Assembly: GCF_044324875.1 (NCBI RefSeq)
Contig: NZ_CP172186.1
Length of the DNA stretch: 64,000 nucleotides
Origin: Escherichia coli
GTDB lineage: Bacteria > Pseudomonadota > Gammaproteobacteria > Enterobacterales > Enterobacteriaceae
Direction: 5' to 3' (one strand)
Shown here: positions 39,670-48,563 of the stretch, in pieces
Layout: every line of letters starts with the position of its first letter
Position numbering within the stretch: position 1 is the stretch's first letter
Position numbers and translations under genes: made by a program
Notes under the pieces: model-generated
The model's database searches: none
What the model was told of the DNA's origin: nothing
What the model saw: the letters and a program-made list of their open reading frames with translations, nothing else

Positions 39670-40982
39670 TGTGCTTTTTCCTTGTCGGCGGGATGCTGTT
39701 TTTCGGTGGTTTCGGTGGTTTCGGTGGTTTCGGTGGTTTCGGTGGTTTCGGTGGTTTCGGTGGTTTCACCAGTGTCAGTGTCTTCGTCGTTATCATGGCG
39801 GCGGGGTATCACGTCATCCGTGAGTGACCAGCGGGTCCTGATCTGACGTTTACGATCGCGATCTGGCTGAGGTTCGTCCCATATCAGGCCCAGCCCCAGC
39901 ATGTCCCGTCGAAGCCCTTCAATGGCCTCTTCCACACAGGGTTCCGGGCAGGGGAGGCCGAGACGGCTGGCTTCATTTTCTGCCCGGGCAACGGCCACCA
40001 CGCCGGCCCCTTCGATGAAGCCTTTTGTGGTGTTTGCCCGGTGAAGGGCATAGAAGAGCGTCCGGTCAACGCCCTTGAGCCACAGCCAGTTCGGAGGCGT
40101 CAGGCGCAAATCATGTGCGTAAAGCCAGACCAGACCGCTGCGAACGTAACGGTGCTGCCTGAGCCACTTTTGTGCGCCTTCTGTTTTGATGACCCGGATA
40201 AAGGCGTTTCTGGCCAGTGAATACACCGGCGTGCTGAAACGCCCCTGGTCCCGTTTACTTTTGAGCCTGCAGGAGAGATTGAGGTTGTTCATCAGGGCTA
40301 CCGCTGCTTTCCGGTCACCGAGGAAGAACTGCAGGCCAAAGATGGCAAAGAGCGCTTTTTCATGTGGGGCCATGTCTTTCCAGCTGGTCAGTGGTTGCCC
40401 CAGTTGCGCCATGAAGCACTGGCGTGTGGACGCAACATCGAGCTGCATGTTGCGGATAAGGTTGTTCTGCTCCACAAAGGCTTCGGGGGTTAGTGCGACA
40501 CGGCGCTCGGGACGTTTTTGTCCGTGGAAGAGTCTGTTGTTGTCTCCGTCAGCCAGAACGGGGGCGATCGCCGGTGACAGAGCTGAAAAAATATGGGGCA
40601 GTGTGTGGATATTCAGTGGCCTGCGGGTAAAACGGGGCTGGGCCGGATGGTGAAACCACATCCACAGAAAGCCGAATGTCATGGGAAGCAGAATCAGCCA
40701 GAGGATCCCCACTGTCCGGGACATAACATCCAGCCACTGGCTGAAAGTGATGGTTGCCGCGTTGTTAGCAGTGATGGCCAGCAGGTTGTAACGGGGGACG
40801 GCAAAGTTGTGAAAGGGCCCCCAGTCAATCATGCCCCACAGTGTGTGCAGGATCAGGCAGGAGGCGAAGACGATTTCAGGTAAAAAGCGCCAGATGATAA
40901 TCGCAAAGAGCAGGCATATGGCACCGACGATATACCATATAGCCATTGGATCTTCGGCGGCAGACGTCTGTTGGTAAGACAC
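39666..40982 (-). CDS. trbA: TrbA conjugation protein with C-terminal TET repeat
   Basis: 438 aa, N-terminal membrane segments; ends ...TGETTETTETTETTETTETTETTEKQH... Confidence 0.75.
   Translation of the reverse strand: MSYQQTSAAEDPMAIWYIVGAICLLFAIIIWRFLPEIVFASCLILHTLWGMIDWGPFHNFAVPRYNLLAITANNAATITFSQWLDVMSRTVGILWLILLPMTFGFLWMWFHHPAQPRFTRRPLNIHTLPHIFSALSPAIAPVLADGDNNRLFHGQKRPERRVALTPEAFVEQNNLIRNMQLDVASTRQCFMAQLGQPLTSWKDMAPHEKALFAIFGLQFFLGDRKAAVALMNNLNLSCRLKSKRDQGRFSTPVYSLARNAFIRVIKTEGAQKWLRQHRYVRSGLVWLYAHDLRLTPPNWLWLKGVDRTLFYALHRANTTKGFIEGAGVVAVARAENEASRLGLPCPEPCVEEAIEGLRRDMLGLGLIWDEPQPDRDRKRQIRTRWSLTDDVIPRRHDNDEDTDTGETTETTETTETTETTETTETTEKQHPADKEKAQ
39700..39770. repeat. tandem 9-bp repeat (GGTTTCGGT x ~7) inside trbA
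   Basis: Visible tandem array; encodes the TET repeat on the minus strand. Confidence 0.8.
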
Positions 40983-41438
40983 GGGGATTCCTCCATAGAT
41001 GAATGGATAAATTTCGGGATTAAGTCGGGTGGCATGAATGCGAATCAGCGCCGGTAATAACCGGACAGGAATGAATTCAACAGGACATTTTTACAGAGAA
41101 GAGCGAACGGCAGAAGGTGGTGGGAGACAGGTACAAAAAAACCGACTGGTGAGGCCGGTTTTTTTGCGATTCCGGGGTGGAGTTGGTGGCTCTGACCGGA
41201 GGAAGTCTCTTTTCAGCTAACAATGAGAGAGCTGTTGTGACAGGCAATGTAAGAGTAAGCAGCAGTGATTTCCTCCATTGACGGAGAAACGGATGATTAA
41301 CCTGTTAATCATCGTTCTCAGGGCGGTTGTTGCTGTGGCTAACGCAGTGATAGCTCTCCGGGAACTGGTTGACTGATAATCCCGGAAACGTACTTAAGGG
41401 CAGAGGGTCACCTCCTTCTGCCCTTTAACAAAATATGC

Positions 41439-41615
41439 TCAGGTTAAAAATCGAAAACCTTCCTGCACTTCCTGTGCCTGTTCCCGTGAGCCAAACATGA
41501 GCCGGCTTTTACCCGGAACTCCCCAGGAAATATATTCTACATCCACCCACCATTTTCCGTATTCTTCATACGGTCCGGATATCACTTTAGTGACAAATGC
41601 ATCAATCAGGTTCAT
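41439..41615 (-). CDS. hypothetical small protein (58 aa) not in the ORF track
   Basis: MNLIDAFVTKVISGPYEEYGKWWVDVEYISWGVPGKSRLMFGSREQAQEVQEGFRFLT; GAAAGGTG RBS; IS21-family copy 2 lies ~70 bp upstream. Confidence 0.3.
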   Translation of the reverse strand: MNLIDAFVTKVISGPYEEYGKWWVDVEYISWGVPGKSRLMFGSREQAQEVQEGFRFLT

Positions 41616-41785
41616 TTTTACACCTTTCTGTTATTCTGCTTATTACGACCAGCAGACAGCAAATATTAAAAATAACGCGGCGGTAATGCGTATTCCGCTC
41701 TATTCGATCACGGATTGGCATCGAAGTCCGATCAGCGATTCGCATCCATTCGATCAACCGGGAACTTAACTTTTTCTACCGCTTT

Positions 41786-42541
41786 TTAACGCGTTTTTTC
41801 GCTGCTTTCCACTACCGGGGGATTTTTCCTCAGTGACTCTCCCTGAAGGACCACTCGGTGTGAGTTATGTACCAGTCTGTCCAGGATGGCATCTGCTGTT
41901 GTTGGGTTCTCCATCAGACCATGCCATTTATCTACCGGGAACTGGCTTACCACTATCGTGCTGCTTTGTCCGTAACGATCCTCTATGAGCTCCAGAAGGT
42001 CATTACACTGGGCGTTACTTAACTGTTCCAGCCCCAGATCGTCCAGGATTAGAACCTGTATTTTTTGCAACTGTTTCAGATATTTCAGCCAGCTGCCATC
42101 AACACGTCCCTGAGCCAGTTGTTCCAGTAATCGCCCGGTTCTACAGTACCGGACGCTGTGTTTCTGTCGACATGCCTGTTCGCCCAGCGCATTGGCTATC
42201 CAGCTCTTGCCACATCCTGTCGGACCGGTTATCAGCAGGTTTTTCCTGTGGGTTATGTAGTGGCCGTTCAGCAGTTCTCTCATCTGTTCAGCCCGCAGAC
42301 CTCTTGAGGCCGGATAGCGCAGCCCTTCCGGTGTTGCCTGGTATTTCAGGCCGGCATTTTTTCTCAACCGTGCCACACGGCTGTTTTCCCTGCTCAGAAG
42401 CTCGTCATCAACCAGCAGCGTCAGCCTTTCCTCGAACGACAGTTCGTCGTAGGTCTGAGGCGTTTCCCGCTGCCGTATCAGGCTCCCGGCCATCGCCGGG
42501 AGTTTCAGTTGGGTCAGTTTGTTTAACAGGTTATCACTCAT
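41786..42541 (-). CDS. istB: IS21-family IstB (copy 2)
   Basis: Protein identical to copy 1 IstB. Confidence 0.9.
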   Translation of the reverse strand: MSDNLLNKLTQLKLPAMAGSLIRQRETPQTYDELSFEERLTLLVDDELLSRENSRVARLRKNAGLKYQATPEGLRYPASRGLRAEQMRELLNGHYITHRKNLLITGPTGCGKSWIANALGEQACRQKHSVRYCRTGRLLEQLAQGRVDGSWLKYLKQLQKIQVLILDDLGLEQLSNAQCNDLLELIEDRYGQSSTIVVSQFPVDKWHGLMENPTTADAILDRLVHNSHRVVLQGESLRKNPPVVESSEKTR

Positions 42542-42557
42542 ACTGTTGTTCCTTCTG

Positions 42558-44123
42558 TCAGTGGTAGTAGCCCGGACCACGCAGGTTTTCATGCTCTGAA
42601 GCATATGCCGGATGTTGTTCGCCCTGGCGGGATAATGGAAGCTCCAGGTTCTCCCGATGGTGACGCAGCAGATTGTCGATAAAGCGTCTGTCAGGGGCGT
42701 TATAGTGCAGGGCAACGTAACAGGCCTTTTCCAGCCGTTCCGGGCCGTATTTTTTCTGAAGTGCCAGCAGCCCCAGAACTGCACGATAAGCCAGTTCCGG
42801 ATGGGGTTTTGCCTTCAGCATGGATTCAACCACCCGGCCTGTGGACGGGCCCGTACGTTTTCCCTGCTCGATCAGGCGTTCCGGTGTCCATGTCCCGTGC
42901 TGCCGGTGGCGCTCTGGCATGTGAAGCGGATTGGTTGTGTGTTTATATTCATGTGTGCTGCGCGGATGTTGCGCCACACACTGCCCCTTGTGCCAGAGCT
43001 GTACCACCGACTGCCCCGCCTTCAGTGACAGACGCTGACCGACCAGTTCGTGTGGAACGGAGTACCAGTGACGGGCATATTCAACGTGGTAGTCAGGGCC
43101 AACCTTCACAGCTTTGTATTCCGTGTATTCATAAGGTGCCAGAGGCAGCGGAGAGAGTGCTGGCGCATCCAGTATGCGGAAGCGTTCTGCACGGGTTTGA
43201 TTGCCGTACCCCTTCATTGGCCGGTTATTCATGTCTGTCAGTAACTCCCTAAGGCGCGCATTCAGCGCCCTGAGCGTGTGGAAGGTTTCATTACGGATGC
43301 GGGCAAGAAGCCATCGTTCAACGATGAGGACGCCGTTTTCTGCTTTTGGTTTATCTTTAGGTTTGCGTGGTCGGGCCGGGATGATAACCGTGCCATAGTG
43401 CTCAGCCAGTGCCTGATAACTGTCGTTGATGACAGGCTCATATCGATCGGCCTTTTTCACTGCGCTTCTGAGGTTATCGGGGATGAGCAGCTTCGGTACG
43501 CCGCCCAGGAAGGTCAGGCAACGGCTGTGGGCATTTAACCATGACATCATGTCCTGACCTTCGCACGCTTCAACGTAGGTATAGTTGGACGCCCCCATTA
43601 CGGCCACGAAGATTGCCACGCGGCGTATCTCACCGGTGTCCGGATTAATAACAGGAACCGTAGGACCACAGAAGTCGATAAAAAGCTTTTCGCCGGCACG
43701 ATGCTCCTGGCGCATGGAGAGACGTCGCGTTTTTTTCCACTCCCGGTAGCAACGGCAGAAGTGCGAGTATCCCATCGCTTTGTTACCCGCCTGTGCCTTG
43801 TATTCCATCCACAACAGTTGCCGCGTCACACCTGGTTTTCTCATTTCCGTATCGAAGTACAACATGTCAGGCATTACAAGCTCTGATGCAAAGGTGTCTT
43901 TGGGCGGAAAAATGAGTTTCTCCAGCGTGTCATGGGATATATCAGCAGGTAATGGCCATGACAGAGAAGAGGCTTTGAAGCGGGCAAGAACCTCAAAAAC
44001 GGTTGAGGCGCTGATGTGTAACGTCAGTCCGATACAACGGTTAGTCAGCTTCTTGTCGAACTTGAGCTGAAGGATCTTAAAACAGGTTTCCATAGTGCTC
44101 CTGGATTTTCTCTTTCTGGACAT
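42558..44123 (-). CDS. istA: IS21-family IstA (copy 2)
   Basis: Protein identical to copy 1 IstA. Confidence 0.85.
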   Translation of the reverse strand: MSRKRKSRSTMETCFKILQLKFDKKLTNRCIGLTLHISASTVFEVLARFKASSLSWPLPADISHDTLEKLIFPPKDTFASELVMPDMLYFDTEMRKPGVTRQLLWMEYKAQAGNKAMGYSHFCRCYREWKKTRRLSMRQEHRAGEKLFIDFCGPTVPVINPDTGEIRRVAIFVAVMGASNYTYVEACEGQDMMSWLNAHSRCLTFLGGVPKLLIPDNLRSAVKKADRYEPVINDSYQALAEHYGTVIIPARPRKPKDKPKAENGVLIVERWLLARIRNETFHTLRALNARLRELLTDMNNRPMKGYGNQTRAERFRILDAPALSPLPLAPYEYTEYKAVKVGPDYHVEYARHWYSVPHELVGQRLSLKAGQSVVQLWHKGQCVAQHPRSTHEYKHTTNPLHMPERHRQHGTWTPERLIEQGKRTGPSTGRVVESMLKAKPHPELAYRAVLGLLALQKKYGPERLEKACYVALHYNAPDRRFIDNLLRHHRENLELPLSRQGEQHPAYASEHENLRGPGYYH

Positions 44124-44408
44124 TGACGTCTCCACTGGTTTAAACACGGCAATGGAGACTGTGGTGAAAAGAGTTAATTCCCGGAGTGACTGGCAGGATG
44201 CCAATCAATGATCGGAAGCATGCCAAATCGTGATCGATTGTGATGCCAAACTGTGATCGGAGATGGATGCCAAATCATGATCGATTCGAATGCCAAACTG
44301 CGATCGATTCAGATGCCATTTTGCAGGTAAAAATGGCAATTTTTTTCATGCTGTATTTTTGCCATTTATTTTCTTTGAAATGGTTTTTTTCTTCATATCA
44401 GCAAATAA

Positions 44409-44876
44409 TTATTTCTTATTCTGTTTTCTCCAGGTCCATGGTGGTACCGGATTTTTATCTGCCCATAATCCCCGCTTCAGGGCGCGGGCATCACGCTGGA
44501 GCGGCGGGAGAGTATAGTCATTATTGTAGTCCGGGTACACCCAGGCAGCGCCGTTACGGACCTGCCAGCGATTTGCTTCTGTGCCGTCAGCGGTATAGAC
44601 CCGGCCGAGAATACGGCCATACCTGTCTGTCTGCGCGTATTGCACGGTTACGGGCTTTCCGGCCACCAGGTCCTTCAGCTGAGTGGCTGACCAGCGTCCA
44701 AAGGGCTGTTTCTTTTCCGGTGCATCAATATTAGCCAGACGGACCCTGACAGGCTTTTTGTCCTGTAATATTTCCAGCGTATCACCATCAAGAACGCGGA
44801 TGACGTGCCCCTGAATCTGTGCGGCACAGAGAGAAGCGGAAAAAATAATGGTGAGTGAAAAGATATATTTTATCAT
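44409..44876 (-). CDS. nuc: secreted thermonuclease-type (SNase-like) endonuclease
   Basis: 155 aa, signal peptide MIKYIFSLTIIFSASLCAA, ...RVLDGDTLEI...RVRLANIDAPE... SNase motifs. Confidence 0.8.
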   Translation of the reverse strand: MIKYIFSLTIIFSASLCAAQIQGHVIRVLDGDTLEILQDKKPVRVRLANIDAPEKKQPFGRWSATQLKDLVAGKPVTVQYAQTDRYGRILGRVYTADGTEANRWQVRNGAAWVYPDYNNDYTLPPLQRDARALKRGLWADKNPVPPWTWRKQNKK

Positions 44877-44978
44877 TTCATCGTCTCCTTTTTATTTATG
44901 AAAACAGGTGCAATTAATATTGCGAAATAATAACGTTCAGGTGTGTTTTTTTTGGCAGTGTGATACTTCACGCAGGGC

Positions 44979-45659
44979 ATGAATTCCAGTACGCTGATAT
45001 CCGTGATGATACGGCAACAGATATCCGGTGACGGTATGCAGGAACATATTGATTATCAGATTGAGAAATATCAGTTCAGGGCCAGGAATGAGTCACCGCG
45101 ACTGATGCGCCAGTGGGAAGATGTCATGCGTGAATGCCGTGATACCGGAGCAGGAGCCAGGGAGCGGCTGCGGATTGCCTTACTTAATGTTGATTATGTG
45201 ACCAGTTTTGAACTGCCGTTTCGTCTGCTGTTAACCCGGACACCGCAGATGATTGACAGCGTGCGGCGGGAATGGCAGCTCAGCCAGAAAAAAGTCGTAT
45301 TCAATGAGCGGCAGCGGGGATGTGTATACAGTCTGCAGAATGACTTATCCGGCGTGCCGGATAGCTTCAGTTACAGTCTTGCGACGCGAATACGGCGGGT
45401 GGACAGCTATGGCATGACGACGCGTTGTTTCACTGATATAGCCGGGCAGGTTAAAGCCCCGACAGCACGGCTGAAACTGGCGCTGGAAAGCGGGTTAATT
45501 GTCACCGCGCTGGATGGTCTGTTCTGGCTTGGTATTCAGCGTATTGCCGCAGATGTGCAGCGGCTGCGTCAGTCCGGAATGACAATCATCACCCGGGATG
45601 TTGAGGTCTCAGACTCGCTGACCGGAACCACACGGGTTGTTTCCGGGTACAGACTTTGA
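44979..45659 (+). CDS. hypothetical protein; start uncertain
   Basis: 226-aa ORF. Confidence 0.5.
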   Translation: MNSSTLISVMIRQQISGDGMQEHIDYQIEKYQFRARNESPRLMRQWEDVMRECRDTGAGARERLRIALLNVDYVTSFELPFRLLLTRTPQMIDSVRREWQLSQKKVVFNERQRGCVYSLQNDLSGVPDSFSYSLATRIRRVDSYGMTTRCFTDIAGQVKAPTARLKLALESGLIVTALDGLFWLGIQRIAADVQRLRQSGMTIITRDVEVSDSLTGTTRVVSGYRL

Positions 45660-45860
45660 TTTATGCAACAAAGTATCGCAGCGTCGAATATGAGCTATGG
45701 CCAGATTTTTGTTAATCGTGGTTGTTGCAACATGTAAGGCGAATGACCACACTATTCTGGTACGCTCGTAATCACGCTGAAATTCTGCTTCCTGTCCTGC
45801 CGTGATGAGTTCCGACCAGGACATACGGCGAAGTGTATGTCTGTCAGTAATATCCGTCAT
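45609..45860 (-). CDS. hypothetical small protein
   Basis: 83 aa, start overlaps previous stop. Confidence 0.4.
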   Translation of the reverse strand: MTDITDRHTLRRMSWSELITAGQEAEFQRDYERTRIVWSFALHVATTTINKNLAIAHIRRCDTLLHKSKSVPGNNPCGSGQRV

Positions 45861-46072
45861 GAGCTCTCAGCCTCCTCCTTCGTATTTCCGTCAGAAACAC
45901 AAACGCCCCGCAGAGAAAATTCGCCAACATTCTCCTTTTTAATGGCGCGCAATGCATCGCGGCAGGCCCGTTCGGTATGAAAGGCCTGGCTGTGCACCGC
46001 CAGTGTGGGCTGACGGGCATCACCGGAAGAGACATTAAAGGGCGATGAAAGCCAGAAAATCAGTAGCCACAT
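45857..46072 (-). CDS. hypothetical small exported protein
   Basis: 71 aa, hydrophobic N-terminus MWLLIFWLSSPF. Confidence 0.45.
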   Translation of the reverse strand: MWLLIFWLSSPFNVSSGDARQPTLAVHSQAFHTERACRDALRAIKKENVGEFSLRGVCVSDGNTKEEAESS

Positions 46073-46075
46073 GCG

Positions 46076-46459
46076 TCACACCTCGTCCTTTTTATGCGGG
46101 TATCTGGACAGAATATTGAGCGCCTGTAATGGCGCTTCATGCATTTCACGGATACAACGGGCATCGGTGATATTTTCCCGGTAATGTGTGGTTTCCAGCA
46201 TCATATGATGCATATGGAGCATCCGGGCCAGGGCTGCGCGGAGTTCTTCAATATGTTGTTCATGGGAATGCTGGCGGGGCTGTATCCGGCAGAGAGGGAT
46301 AACCTCCACATCATCCGGGTGCGCGCGAAGCCACGCGTCAGTGACTGCAATGTCGTCAGTGTAAAACCATGTGCCGGATGTCCCGTTGGCCAGAAAACGC
46401 ATTTTCCAGGCTTCTGGGGTGGCGGTTGTGTTGTTATCTTTCATGGTGCCACCACTCAT
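46076..46459 (-). CDS. hypothetical protein
   Basis: 127 aa. Confidence 0.5.
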   Translation of the reverse strand: MSGGTMKDNNTTATPEAWKMRFLANGTSGTWFYTDDIAVTDAWLRAHPDDVEVIPLCRIQPRQHSHEQHIEELRAALARMLHMHHMMLETTHYRENITDARCIREMHEAPLQALNILSRYPHKKDEV

Positions 46460-46647
46460 TCAACAGGCTTAATGCTGTCCAGGCGCAGTCTGCTCAGACT
46501 GTCGTGGCTGCCACAGCGGCGTCCAGTGCTTTTGCTGTAGCACTCCTGCCCCCTGATACACCATGCCGTTGGCGTTTCGTAGAGGCTGACACGTCGGGTT
46601 TTATCTTTAATGATGAGAAGCCCGGTGTGAGTTTTTGTCTTTTTCAT
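46456..46647 (-). CDS. hypothetical small protein (first ORF of a four-ORF overlapping minus-strand string)
   Basis: 63 aa; stop overlaps next start. Confidence 0.35.
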   Translation of the reverse strand: MKKTKTHTGLLIIKDKTRRVSLYETPTAWCIRGQECYSKSTGRRCGSHDSLSRLRLDSIKPVE

Positions 46648-46991
46648 CGGTGGGGTACAAACGCAGAAATTTTGTTGTCATTACATCATCAGTTTTAGCC
46701 TGCAGAGACGCTGAAAAATCAGCGTTTTCAGACCCTGTTCAGGTTAGTGAATATTCTTGCCTGGCCTTTCGGCAATATCAATCCCCTGATGTGTGCACAC
46801 GTAGTCACTTTCCGGCTTTATTTCTGTCCCTGACACAAAATACGTGGTGGCATGAAAAGGATTGTGGCGGACAGGAAAACGATTAGAATAGCGGCGGGCG
46901 CTTGAGGCTGTATGCCGAAAGCGTTTTGTGGACGGCATGTAGCAGAAAGCCCCAGGCGATTTTTTTATCAATCAACCCAGGGCCCACTGTA

Positions 46992-47195
46992 ATGCCTAGA
47001 CAACATTATAGTAGCCCGATGACGGCCGAAAGGCAATGGAGGGGCTGCGATGCCACAACGAACGTTTTTAATGATGTTAATCGTCGTCTGTGTGACGATA
47101 CTGTGTTTTGTCTGGATGGTGAGGGATTCGCTTTGCGGATTTCGTATCGAGCAGGGAAATACGGTGCTTGTGGCAACGTTAGCCTACGAAGTTAA
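46992..47195 (+). CDS. pndC: possible PndC (mok-like overlapping reading frame); start uncertain
   Basis: Alternate frame overlapping almost all of pndA, as in hok/mok-type loci. Confidence 0.35.
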   Translation: MPRQHYSSPMTAERQWRGCDATTNVFNDVNRRLCDDTVFCLDGEGFALRISYRAGKYGACGNVSLRS

Positions 47196-47202
47196 ACGTT
47201 AA
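47050..47202 (+). CDS. pndA: Hok/Gef-family post-segregational killing toxin PndA
   Basis: 50 aa MPQRTFLMMLIVVCVTILCFVWMVRDSLCGFRIEQGNTVLVATLAYEVKR; below ORF-track cutoff, read directly. Confidence 0.8.
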   Translation: MPQRTFLMMLIVVCVTILCFVWMVRDSLCGFRIEQGNTVLVATLAYEVKR

Positions 47203-47339
47203 CGGGCAACACGGCGGTAGAGAATCTGCCGCCGGATTGTTGCGAAGGCTGACCTCAATGCGCCTTGTTTGTCTTTTTTACCGGACGACTGCTGGTTGCT
47301 GCTGTCCGGCAGCTATTATTTTTTCCGTCCTGTGCGTCA

Positions 47340-47555
47340 TCAATTATGACAGTCGCTCTCATTTAGTTGTCTCTGGTTAGATGTATTATTATATATTTTC
47401 GGGGTAATTCGATAAAAGTTATCCACTTCAGCACCAGACTGAATGATATATGCAATAAGATCTAAACGATGAATCTCGTATCGTGTACGTAACTCCATTA
47501 TTTCACGCCATGGAGTACCATGTCGTGCTGGAAAATTGCTGCGGGATTCAGACAT
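47340..47555 (-). CDS. hypothetical small protein in AT-rich spacer
   Basis: 71-aa ORF only. Confidence 0.25.
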   Translation of the reverse strand: MSESRSNFPARHGTPWREIMELRTRYEIHRLDLIAYIIQSGAEVDNFYRITPKIYNNTSNQRQLNESDCHN

Positions 47556-47759
47556 GATTTTATCTTTATGTTTTCTAGGTACTGCCTTGAGTGTGTGGAT
47601 ATGATAATTATTTATAATGATATTGTTATCTTTTATAGATAACTGATATGCAGAATTGTATTGATTTTGTCTACAGTGGGCAAGACAGTGCTAAGAATTT
47701 GTGGGGAAAACATAGAGACTCCATGCTGCGTCCTGAGATAGACGGCAGACAGGCATTCT

Positions 47760-47800
47760 GCCTGAAAAGAAAAAGCCGGTTCAGAGAAAACCGGCTGACG
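47760..47800 (-). terminator. intrinsic terminator after excA
   Basis: Minus-strand hairpin AGCCGGTTTTCTCTGAACCGGCT followed by T-run. Confidence 0.5.
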
Positions 47801-47828
47801 GATTATCGTCTAACAGTTGATAGCTACC

Positions 47829-48476
47829 TCAAAATACTTCTGCAACAGGAACACCGGCAACTTTTTCCCACTCTTTAACCCGATACCGGATCATCTGTGG
47901 GAAACGTTCCTTGTACTCATATCCACGTGCAGCCATGGTGTGCATGGTGTTGGCCAGCGTCCTTGCTGAGATGCCGGAGATCTCAAGAGGAATCATCGGC
48001 AGACTCACATAGGTGGTGTGGATTTCCAGCTTGCCGTCCTCAGCAACCGTGCGGGTAAAGTTGTGAATATCCAGACCAATCACATCCATCACATTGTTTG
48101 GATAAATACGCACATACAGCATGGTGCCGTTTTTAATGTCGATCCCGAAATAACAACTCTTCGAGAATGACAGTTGCTCATAATCGCTGGTCGGCGCAAA
48201 GGGACTGCTTTCTTTTATCTGCTGAACAACCTGCTGGACTTTCTTTTTCTTCGCCCTGGTTCTTAGATATAGCCAGAGTAATGGGAGGATAATCAGCGTT
48301 GAACATCCATATGTTATCATATAGATATTAGGGGAGGAGTATCTGGCGTAGCTAATACTTAATGTACCTAATATTGCATATATTAATAGGAATGGTATTC
48401 CAATAATAAAATAAGCATTGCGGATCAGGTAATAATATGCCCACCAGGAAGGATATCTGTTTTTTGTTGTACTCAT
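47829..48476 (-). CDS. excA: entry-exclusion inner-membrane protein ExcA
   Basis: 215 aa, membrane-embedded N-terminal half, position after traY as in IncI1. Confidence 0.7.
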   Translation of the reverse strand: MSTTKNRYPSWWAYYYLIRNAYFIIGIPFLLIYAILGTLSISYARYSSPNIYMITYGCSTLIILPLLWLYLRTRAKKKKVQQVVQQIKESSPFAPTSDYEQLSFSKSCYFGIDIKNGTMLYVRIYPNNVMDVIGLDIHNFTRTVAEDGKLEIHTTYVSLPMIPLEISGISARTLANTMHTMAARGYEYKERFPQMIRYRVKEWEKVAGVPVAEVF

Positions 48477-48563
48477 AATAAACCTCCATATTCACCTGAA
48501 TGTATTTTAATCTCTTCAGGTGAATATGGCAATGGTATTTTAGTGGTTTTTCGATATTTTCAT

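Larger units (their letters stand above)
41687..44325 (-). mobile_element. IS21-family insertion sequence, copy 2 (inverted relative to copy 1)
   Basis: Same element as 12870..15509 by end and ORF identity; flanked by GGTAA/GGTAA direct repeat. Confidence 0.85.

Noticed and set aside
39700-39770. Possible CRISPR-like array (short tandem repeats), and similarly the 12-bp repeats at 20355..20400
   Set aside because: Units are 9 and 12 bp, directly tandem with no spacers, and lie inside protein-coding frames (TET and GFKQ repeats).
22891-40982. Apparent inversion of trbABC (minus strand) relative to nikAB (plus strand), possibly driven by the inverted IS copies
   Set aside because: As I recall the IncI1 layout, the trbABC operon is natively convergent with the oriT-nikAB operon. 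Both IS21-family copies and the IS256-bounded insertion carry intact direct repeats, which means simple insertions with no flank exchange.
41038-41220. 60-aa plus-strand ORF upstream of trbA
   Set aside because: It sits in the trbA promoter region on the wrong strand with no RBS; the minus-strand 58-aa ORF at 41439..41615 is the better-supported small gene nearby.
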